NCBI GenBank assembly: GCA_963753435.1 | Contig: CAVWCF010000001.1 | Span: 384,001-448,000, forward strand | Direction of reading: 5' to 3' | DNA from: an uncultured Actinomycetota bacterium | GTDB lineage: Bacteria > Actinomycetota > Actinomycetes > CAVWCF01 | DNA length: 64,000 bases | In this document: positions 41,280-48,338 of the stretch, piece by piece | How the letters are laid out: every line of letters begins with the position of its first letter | How positions within the stretch are numbered: the first letter of the stretch is position 1 | The notes under the pieces: model-generated | Seen by the model: only the letters and a program-made list of their open reading frames with translations | Told to the model about the DNA's origin: nothing | Database searches by the model: none | Program-made: the position numbers and the translations under genes

Positions 41280-41849
41280 GTGGCCGACTTGGCTGCGCTG
41301 TTGGCAACGCCGCGGCGCGGAGAGTTCGACGTGTGGGTGGATGTGACTTCACCCGCGATGCACGATGCCCTGACGGTGGTGGATCTGGACGGCCGCCGCC
41401 ATGGCGGGCTCCCGTTCCGGTTCGAGGGTCAGCACCTCGTCCGCATGCGCCACCTTCCGGGCAACGAGTCGGCCCGCGCCATCGCCCAAGGCCTTGAGGC
41501 GGCACGCGCCTGGGCCCTGGAGCGCATGTCGGACGCCGACACCGTGGCGATGGACTATCACCTCACCTGGACCCTCGCGTTGGCGCTAGCTGAGCGGCCC
41601 GAGGCGGCAGCCAGCCGCGGGCTGCCGGAGTTGCTGGCGCTGGCCAACACTCAGGGCGACTGGCTGTCGGACTGGATCAGCGAGCACGCCCACTCGCCGG
41701 AGGTCAAGGCGATCGTGGACGCCGACCTGGCCGATGCCGCTGCGTTGAACCTGACCGCGGCTCCGGCCATCTGCATCAACGGCGGACCGTTGCCCGACTC
41801 CCCCGAGCCGGTCCCGGATCAGGTTCGGCGGCTGCTGACCAGCGCCTGA
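41280..41849 (+). CDS. DsbA/thioredoxin-fold protein lacking CxxC
   Basis: DVWVDVTSPAM where CxxC is expected, RHLP, AQGLEAA, VDADLADA..LNLTAAPAICING (cis-Pro loop). Confidence 0.65.
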   Translation: MADLAALLATPRRGEFDVWVDVTSPAMHDALTVVDLDGRRHGGLPFRFEGQHLVRMRHLPGNESARAIAQGLEAARAWALERMSDADTVAMDYHLTWTLALALAERPEAAASRGLPELLALANTQGDWLSDWISEHAHSPEVKAIVDADLADAAALNLTAAPAICINGGPLPDSPEPVPDQVRRLLTSA

Positions 41850-41864
41850 TCCCAAGCCGAAGGC

Positions 41865-42680
41865 TCACGGGTCGACGTTCGCCGCCGCCCGCGTGGCGAA
41901 CTCTCGCGAAAGCCGGGCCGTTACCGAACCGTCCCCGGGCAGCACCAACTCGTCAATGCCGGCCACCGGCTGCAGATCCCTGGTGCTGGAGGTGATGAAG
42001 ACCTCGTCTGCAGACTGCAGGTCCGCAAACGTGAGGGGCGCCTCCTCGGCTTCGGTCCATTCCAGGAGCAGACCGCGGGTGATCCCCGCCAGGCACCCGC
42101 TGTCCAAGGCCGGAGTCCGAATCGCGTCGCCGTGCACCAGAAACACATTGGAGCCCGTTCCTTCGCTGAGGCGATCCTGGGTATCCAGGAAGAGGGCCTC
42201 ATCCGCGCCGAGCGCGTGCGCGTACTCGAGCGCGACGACGTTCTCCGCGTACGAAGTGGTCTTGAGCCCGGCGACGGCGGAACGTTCGTTGCGCCGCCAG
42301 GGAACTGTGGCCAACCGCGCGGCCCCCGACCACGCCGGGCTGGGGCCGACGGAGACGATGAGCGTGGGTCCGGCGTCCCCGCGCGCCGAACCGAGCGGTC
42401 CTGGCCCACCGGTGACGGTGATCCGAAGTCGACCCGCTCCCGGCTCGGTTGCGAGCACCTCGGCCACCGCCGCGCGGATCCGGTCTTCGGCGGGGACGTT
42501 CAACCCGAGACCCGTGCAGGAGTGCCGTAGCCGGGCCAGATGCCGGGTCAGCGCGAACGCGACACCGTCGCTGACCTTGAGAGTCTCGAAGCAGCCGTCG
42601 CCGACAGTGATGCCATGGTCGTCGGCGCGGAGGGCCAAGTCGTCGGCAGCCAGCAACTGCCCGTTCACCCAGGTCTTCAT
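41865..42680 (-). CDS. aminotransferase class IV (aminodeoxychorismate lyase-like)
   Basis: DHGITVGDGCFET, HLARL, GLKTTSY, EGTGSNVF, LAGITR, FITSSTR. Confidence 0.9.
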   Translation of the reverse strand: MKTWVNGQLLAADDLALRADDHGITVGDGCFETLKVSDGVAFALTRHLARLRHSCTGLGLNVPAEDRIRAAVAEVLATEPGAGRLRITVTGGPGPLGSARGDAGPTLIVSVGPSPAWSGAARLATVPWRRNERSAVAGLKTTSYAENVVALEYAHALGADEALFLDTQDRLSEGTGSNVFLVHGDAIRTPALDSGCLAGITRGLLLEWTEAEEAPLTFADLQSADEVFITSSTRDLQPVAGIDELVLPGDGSVTARLSREFATRAAANVDP

Positions 42681-42693
42681 GCCCGCCCAGCTT

Positions 42694-43701
42694 TCATCCG
42701 TGCTCCTGCGATGCCAGGCCGATCAGCCGCTCGGCCTTGAGTTGCGTTTCAGCCCACTCGGCGTGTGCGTCCGAAGCCCACGTGATGCCGGCCCCGGTGC
42801 CGAATGACAGCACGCCGTCGCTGAGAGTGAATGTGCGGATGGCCACGGCCAACTCTGCCTCCTGCCGGTCCGCATCGACCCAGCCGATCGCGCCGCAGTA
42901 CCAACCCCGCGGCACCGGCTCCAGGTCAGCGATCAACCGCAGTGCTGAGGACTTCGGGGCACCGGTGACCGAACCGGGCGGGAACGCCGCCGCCAGGAGT
43001 TGCGCCCACCCCACATCTGGTCGGAGGACCCCAGTCACGGTTGAGACCAGGTGCACCAAACCCGGGTGCTCTTCGACGTCGAGCAGGGACTCCACCTCAA
43101 CCGTCCCCGTCTCGCAGACCCGCCCGAGGTCGTTTCGGACCAGGTCCACGATCATCACGTTCTCGGCGGCGTCCTTGTCCCCCAGATCGGCGGCCACCCG
43201 CCCAGTGCCCTTGATGGGCGCCGACCACACCTGTCTGCCGCGGCGGCGCAGGAACAACTCCGGCGAAGCGGTGGCCACTTGGACTCCGGCCTCCGGGACG
43301 CACAAGTACCCCTGAAACGGCGCTGGGTGGTGGCGGGCGAGCACCGCCGCCAGACCCCGCAAGTCCGGCACGTCAACCGATGCCGAGAGAAGTCGACAGA
43401 TGTTCGCCTGGTAGACGTCGCCAACGGCAATTGCTGCTCGCGTCGACTCCACAGCTTCGACGTATGCCGACTGGTCCAGCGAACTCGACCACGAGGTCGG
43501 GTCCACGCCCGGCCAAGCCGCAGCTCCTAGTACGCCCGCTGCATCAACCTCGCTCGCCTGGAATCTGGCAGCTACGAACTGGCCCTCGAAACCGGCCGCC
43601 ACCGCCCAGAAACCACCATCGTCGAGTCGAGCCGGATCATCGGTGATCTCCAGCAACCGATCTCCCCCGCGGGCGCCGAATAGCGCGGCAGCCGCCCTCA
43701 C
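42694..43701 (-). CDS. chorismate-binding protein (PabB/TrpE-like)
   Basis: GDVYQANIC, SPELFL, PIKGT, AENVMIVDLVRNDL, FPPGSVTGAPK, AIRT, GAGI. GTG 43701 overlaps the upstream stop. Confidence 0.9.
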   Translation of the reverse strand: MRAAAALFGARGGDRLLEITDDPARLDDGGFWAVAAGFEGQFVAARFQASEVDAAGVLGAAAWPGVDPTSWSSSLDQSAYVEAVESTRAAIAVGDVYQANICRLLSASVDVPDLRGLAAVLARHHPAPFQGYLCVPEAGVQVATASPELFLRRRGRQVWSAPIKGTGRVAADLGDKDAAENVMIVDLVRNDLGRVCETGTVEVESLLDVEEHPGLVHLVSTVTGVLRPDVGWAQLLAAAFPPGSVTGAPKSSALRLIADLEPVPRGWYCGAIGWVDADRQEAELAVAIRTFTLSDGVLSFGTGAGITWASDAHAEWAETQLKAERLIGLASQEHG

Positions 43702-44588
43702 CGGCTGTCCCGAGACTGATACCCCGCCATCGCGTGCAGCAGCCCCAAGGCGACCAGCCGAACGGTGCGCTGATCTGGGGCATCGGCCTCGGCGTCCACT
43801 TCCACGAAGTCCATCGACGAGACTGAATCGTCCATGGCCGCCTGCCGGACAGCGGCGAGGAGTTGCGCAGCGGTCCACCCGCCCGGCAGCGAAGCCGGAC
43901 AGGCCGGCGCGACCGAGCGGTCGCACACGTCAACGTCCACGTCCACGTGCACCGGACCGGAAGCACTCCCGGCTATGGACAGCGCCTCGGCCACGCACTC
44001 AGGCAGACCCCGTTCAGCGATCTCGGCAGCAGCGAACACGCGAATGCCCCAGTCATGGGCCTGGCTGGCGTACTCGTGGCTGTTGGCGAAGTCGGCGATG
44101 CCCAACTGCACGATTCGCTGCGGCTGGATGCCCCACTCGATCAACCGGCGGATCGGCGATCCGTTGCTGCGCCCGGATCTGATGTCGTGATGGGCGTCGA
44201 ACGTGACCAGCCCAGCCTTCTCGGGGCTTCGGCCCAACCGCGCCATGGCCACCGGGACCGTGGCTGAATTGTCCCCACCGATTGCCAGCAACAGGTCCGC
44301 ATCGATCGCCGCCAATTCGACCGTCACGTCCTGCTCCCGGGAGTCGGGGTCGACCACATCCCCGCAGTCGCACACCCGCAACTGCCGCAGGTCCCGGTCG
44401 CCACCCCAGCCGGTGGTAAAGCGCTGCAACGCCGCCCGAACGGCCGCGGGGGTCCGATGCGCGGACGTCGCCGATAGGGAGGTGGTGTGCGTCGGTACCC
44501 CGACGACGGCGACATCGGCCGCTTGCGCCTGCGCGTGCGCTGCCAACCAGGACCCGGCACGCGGCCAGCGCGGATCGTCAGCGGCCAT
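43698..44588 (-). CDS. arginase/agmatinase family protein (probable formimidoylglutamase)
   Basis: DPRWPRA, GGDNS, FDAHHD, SNGSP, DVDVCDR..APACP. Confidence 0.85.
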   Translation of the reverse strand: MAADDPRWPRAGSWLAAHAQAQAADVAVVGVPTHTTSLSATSAHRTPAAVRAALQRFTTGWGGDRDLRQLRVCDCGDVVDPDSREQDVTVELAAIDADLLLAIGGDNSATVPVAMARLGRSPEKAGLVTFDAHHDIRSGRSNGSPIRRLIEWGIQPQRIVQLGIADFANSHEYASQAHDWGIRVFAAAEIAERGLPECVAEALSIAGSASGPVHVDVDVDVCDRSVAPACPASLPGGWTAAQLLAAVRQAAMDDSVSSMDFVEVDAEADAPDQRTVRLVALGLLHAMAGYQSRDSR

Positions 44589-44679
44589 GGGTGCAGCATG
44601 GCGCACCTACCGTCGCCGTTGGCCGCATTGCGGGGCCATCGGATATGGTGCGCACCGCACCGGCGCAAGCCGGGCGAGT

Positions 44680-44752
44680 GCGGACGTAGCGCAGCTGGTA
44701 GCGCATCACCTTGCCAAGGTGAGGGTCGCGGGTTCGAATCCCGTCGTCCGCT
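44680..44752 (+). tRNA. tRNA-Gly (GCC)
   Basis: GCGGACG acceptor stem, anticodon arm CACCT-TGCCA-AGGTG, GGTTCGAATCC. Confidence 0.97.
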
Positions 44753-44779
44753 CGGAGACGTCCTTCACGGGGCGGACCC

Positions 44780-44850
44780 GGTGGAGTGGCCGAGAGGCGA
44801 GGCAACGGCCTGCAAAGCCGTGTACACGGGTTCGAATCCCGTCTCCACCT
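44780..44850 (+). tRNA. tRNA-Cys (GCA)
   Basis: GGTGGAG..CTCCACC-T acceptor, anticodon loop CTGCAAA, GGTTCGAATCC. Confidence 0.96.
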
Positions 44851-44851
44851 C

Positions 44852-44928
44852 GGGCGATTGGCGCAGGTGGCTAGCGCGCTTCCTTGACACGGAAGAGGTC
44901 ACAGGTTCAAGTCCTGTATCGCCCACCA
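44852..44928 (+). tRNA. tRNA-Val (GAC)
   Basis: GGGCGAT..ATCGCCC-ACCA, anticodon loop TTGACAC, GGTTCAAGTCC. Confidence 0.96.
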
Positions 44929-44935
44929 CGTTCAC

Positions 44936-44973
44936 GCAGGTAAGCGGCCTCCTCGGGCCGCTTACTTGTTTTC
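44936..44973 (+). terminator. intrinsic terminator of tRNA cluster
   Basis: GCAGGTAAGCGGCC / GGCCGCTTACTTGT hairpin followed by TTT. Confidence 0.8.
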
Positions 44974-44993
44974 GTGCCACTGACGTGCCACTG
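44973..44993. repeat. tandem 10-bp direct repeat CGTGCCACTG x2
   Basis: CGTGCCACTG-A-CGTGCCACTG directly after the tRNA terminator. Confidence 0.8.
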
Positions 44994-45031
44994 GAATTGC
45001 TCGCCGAGTCCTGCCGGGAAGCGCGCACTGA

Positions 45032-45445
45032 TCACGGCCAAACGCGGTGCAGGTGGGCGTGAACCCCAGGGTGAAAGACGGCAGCGGGCACGTCCCGAGT
45101 CTCGCTGCGCCGTATCCACTCGAAGGCGTCGTTCTCCCAGTTTGCGGGGCGCACGCGGAATGGCTCATCGACGACCGCGACGAAGGTCGTGTAGGCCAGT
45201 CGGCTGTTCGAAACAGTGAACGACGCAATCACGGACTCCTCGATCGTTTGCAGCAGTACTGGCAGTGCTACTTCCTCGCGCAGTTCCCGCAAAGCCCCCT
45301 CCAACGGGGATTCACCACGGTTGAGCATCCCGCCGGGGAACGCCAGCACCCCCGGGTAGTGGCCTATGTACACCGATCGCCAACCGAATAGCGCAGCTGG
45401 GTCGGCCTCGTCAGTAACCACCGCGATGCCGGCTGCCTGACGCAT
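45032..45445 (-). CDS. NUDIX hydrolase
   Basis: Nudix box GGMLNRGESPLEGALRELREEV; start trimmed to ATG 45445. Confidence 0.8.
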   Translation of the reverse strand: MRQAAGIAVVTDEADPAALFGWRSVYIGHYPGVLAFPGGMLNRGESPLEGALRELREEVALPVLLQTIEESVIASFTVSNSRLAYTTFVAVVDEPFRVRPANWENDAFEWIRRSETRDVPAAVFHPGVHAHLHRVWP

Positions 45446-45504
45446 ACCTCGATCCAACCTGCCTAAGGAAATCCGGGCATCGACGAAGCGCCGGAGCGAC
45501 GTGA

Positions 45505-46218
45505 CTAGGAGCTGCCCGCCGCCAACAGCGCCGCTGTACACGTGTTCGGGTCAAGCAGTGGAAGGTCGTGGGCGCCCTCGATCACGGTGAAGGGGACGCC
45601 CGATTTCTCTAGCGCAGCCCGCGCAACCGATGCGGGGAACATCGGCGAGGTCCGCGAACAGAATAGGTACGTGCGAGGGAGGTGAGTCGCTGCCGGGTCA
45701 AGAAGTTCTAACGCGTCGTATCCGGGTCGGGCGGGGTTGGGCACCAGTCTCTCGTTCACCCACGCTGCCAATTCCGCGCGGTCAGACCATTCTTCGCCCC
45801 CAACTGGGCGCGGATCGAGCCATGCCTCCGGAGACGGCGGCGGTCCCATTACCGCACGAAGCTCAGCGGGCAACACGTCTGCCGCACTCTGCCCGTACTC
45901 GGGCACAGGGGCGTCGAGCAGAACCAGGCGGCTGATCCGGGTGGCGTCGACGCCAGCGGCTGCCAGTGCCACCACTCCGCCCTGGGAATGGCCGACGACG
46001 ACCACCTCGTGAAGGTCGCCCTCGGTTATCAGTTGTTGCACGTCGTCTGCCCAAGTGCGCAGCGAGACCGCGGGGCGGTCCTCCGGTGACATCCCGGGTT
46101 CGCAACCGGTGAGGGTCGGGGCGTAAACATCGTGACCCGCGGCTTCCAAAAGCGGCACGACGTCGCGCCAGCACCAGCCGCCACGGAAGGCGCCGTGAAT
46201 CAGAACGAACGACGCCAT
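45505..46218 (-). CDS. alpha/beta hydrolase (methylesterase/salicylate esterase-like)
   Basis: FVLIHGAFRGGWCW, PTLTG, VGHSQGG, catalytic His in GAHDL. Confidence 0.9.
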   Translation of the reverse strand: MASFVLIHGAFRGGWCWRDVVPLLEAAGHDVYAPTLTGCEPGMSPEDRPAVSLRTWADDVQQLITEGDLHEVVVVGHSQGGVVALAAAGVDATRISRLVLLDAPVPEYGQSAADVLPAELRAVMGPPPSPEAWLDPRPVGGEEWSDRAELAAWVNERLVPNPARPGYDALELLDPAATHLPRTYLFCSRTSPMFPASVARAALEKSGVPFTVIEGAHDLPLLDPNTCTAALLAAGSS

Positions 46219-46577
46219 TACCCGTCCGAACGCGACTCAGATGGCGCAGCCGGCGAACCCTGCCCGGGCGAGTCGTCGGCGAGAACTACCTCCATGTACT
46301 CGCGCGGATAGGCGGCGACCGGTCGCAGGAACTCCATCATCGCGCCGATTCCGTCCATGTATCCGTCGCGTTCAGTCATCCGCTCGTACGACTCGACGGA
46401 GTCGAAGAACCGCAGGTGGGTGAAGTGCGTCCGATCCTCCACCCCACGGATCAGCCGGCGGCCGAGGAAGCCGGGCTCGGCCAGGTGGACGTCCAGGAAT
46501 GCGCTCGCAGCGGCGATGTATGCGTCGGCACTTTCGTTCTCATCCTTGGCCCAAGCCTGGCTGACAACAACGATCAT
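46218..46577 (-). CDS. antibiotic biosynthesis monooxygenase (ABM)-like protein
   Basis: EPGFLGRRLIRG..THFTHL ferredoxin-like pattern; stop overlaps the hydrolase start (TAATG). Confidence 0.7.
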   Translation of the reverse strand: MIVVVSQAWAKDENESADAYIAAASAFLDVHLAEPGFLGRRLIRGVEDRTHFTHLRFFDSVESYERMTERDGYMDGIGAMMEFLRPVAAYPREYMEVVLADDSPGQGSPAAPSESRSDG

Positions 46578-46598
46578 GAGACGACACTAGCGAGTGGA

Positions 46599-46742
46599 CA
46601 TGATCAAGCCGATGGATTAGTGGAGCAGGCCGGCTGGACTAAGCACTCCAGGACGCCCTACTACGTCGTACCGGACGAGGTGCTTGCGGACTCCGACGCA
46701 CTCAGCAAATGGGCCAAGGAGTCCGCCGCGCTGAAGTCATGA
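46599..46742 (+). pseudogene. 5'-truncated TfoX/Sxy-family remnant
   Basis: EQAGWTKHSRTPYYVVPDEVLADSDALSKWAKES resembles the C-terminal half of TfoX_N proteins; no convincing start for a full domain. Confidence 0.5.
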
Positions 46743-46871
46743 TGCTCTGCATCCAGCCTGGGGTCGAAGTGTCGGTCGGCTGAAACGCCGGACCCGTACA
46801 AACGCGGAGCGCCCGTGGGTGGCCGTATGTTCGGGTCGTTGTGGGGAACCGATCCCCCGCTTGGAGGAAAC

Positions 46872-47063
46872 GTGCCCACAGTTCCGGTAATCCTTGAATC
46901 CGGCGAAGTTGGCCTCTACGACACGGCGGAGCAGACCATGAGTCACGATGCCGGACCTCTCGCTGGCGTAGAGGCACGAATGCTCGTCAAGCCCGACGGC
47001 AGCAATGAACAACTCGGCTGGTTCTACGAGAACGATCAAGGTGTGTGGACCGAGTGGGAGTGA
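46872..47063 (+). CDS. small acidic hypothetical protein (63 aa)
   Basis: GTG 46872 after GGAGG; MPTVPVILESGEVGLYD...GWFYENDQGVWTEWE. Confidence 0.6.
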   Translation: MPTVPVILESGEVGLYDTAEQTMSHDAGPLAGVEARMLVKPDGSNEQLGWFYENDQGVWTEWE

Positions 47064-47154
47064 CCTGAGGGATCGCGCCCTCGAGCTGCCCGCTCTAGGA
47101 GCGGTCCTCCTGAGTTCCGCGAGTCGTGCGGAAGTGCCGCGCTACCGTCAAAGC

Positions 47155-47331
47155 GTGCTGAAGCAAACCGTCATCGCAATGCTGTTGACGTTGGCCGGCG
47201 TGTTCGGCTGGTTCATCGGCGGGCAGCTGACCGATGGGGCGCTTTGGGCGTCCGTGCTCGGGGCGGTCCTCCTTGTAGGCCTCCTGGGCCTGGCGTTCAG
47301 CCGCTGGAATGACCCAAGCGACTGGTGGTGA
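47155..47331 (+). CDS. small two-TM membrane protein (58 aa)
   Basis: Two hydrophobic stretches, ending WNDPSDWW. Confidence 0.55.
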   Translation: MLKQTVIAMLLTLAGVFGWFIGGQLTDGALWASVLGAVLLVGLLGLAFSRWNDPSDWW

Positions 47332-47368
47332 TCAACACCGGGTACCAGGCACGACCCGGTCCGGTTGA

Positions 47369-48338
47369 TCAAGAGTCTGCGAACCAGCGGGTCAGACGGT
47401 CGAAACCCTCATCCAGCGAGATCGCCGGTTCCCATTGCAGCGCATCGCGAGTGTGGCGCTGGTCGAACCAATGGGCGGTTGCCAGCTGTTCGGCCAGGAA
47501 TCGGGTCATGGGCGGCTCGTCGGACCGCCCGGTGATCCGCCAGAGAGCCTCCGCCCCGGCGCCGCCCAGCCGCGCGATCGAGGCAGGCACGGCGAGGCGT
47601 GGGCCCGGCACCCCGGCAGCGGCACAGATGCGGTTGATCAGTTCCGCCACAGTCCGGGGTTCACCGTTGGAGACAACTAGTGCCTCGCCGTGCACGTCCG
47701 GGGCCCGGTCCAGCGCTGCCACGATCGCGTCGATCGCGTTGTCGATGTACGTGGTGTCGATGAGGGCAGCACCGGATCCAATTGTCGCCAGGCGCCCGCG
47801 TCGTGCGCGGTCGACGATGCGCCCCACCAGCTGCCGGTCCCCCGGGCCCCACACCAGGTGGGGGCGGACGGCGACCACCGAAAGGTCAGGTCCATCGGCG
47901 GCCAGCACCAACCTTTCCGCGATGCCCTTGCTGCGTGCGTAGTGGCTGCGGGCGCGATCGGGGTCGGCCGGCGTCGCCGGCACACCCACCAACGACCTCC
48001 CGGCGTGTGCGACCGAAGGGGATGACACTTGAACGAAACGTGACACCCGCGCCGCCTGTGCCGCGGCAAGCAGGTTGGCGGTCCCGCCGACGTTCACGGA
48101 TTCGAAGTCCGTCCAGGTCCCGGTGACACCCACTCGCGCAGCCAGGTGAATCACCGCGTCATGACCGGACATCGCCTCGTGCACCGCATCGGCGTCGCAG
48201 ATGTCGACCAGCACTTCCGGCAGCCCGAGCCCGAGACGGCCGACGTTGCAGCACCGTCACATCGTCGCCGCGCGCAGCCAGCGCGCGGGCCACGCCCGCA
48301 CCGATCAGCCCGGTGGCCCCGGTGACCAGAAGGTTCAC
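47369..48338 (-). CDS. oleD: OleD-like NAD(P)-dependent 2-alkyl-3-oxoalkanoate reductase (one apparent +1 frameshift near 48233)
   Basis: GTG 48338 gives LVTGATGLIG (Rossmann); a second frame carries HLAA, SSPSV, YARSK, RPHLVWGPGD. Span is 970 nt (3n+1). Confidence 0.85.
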
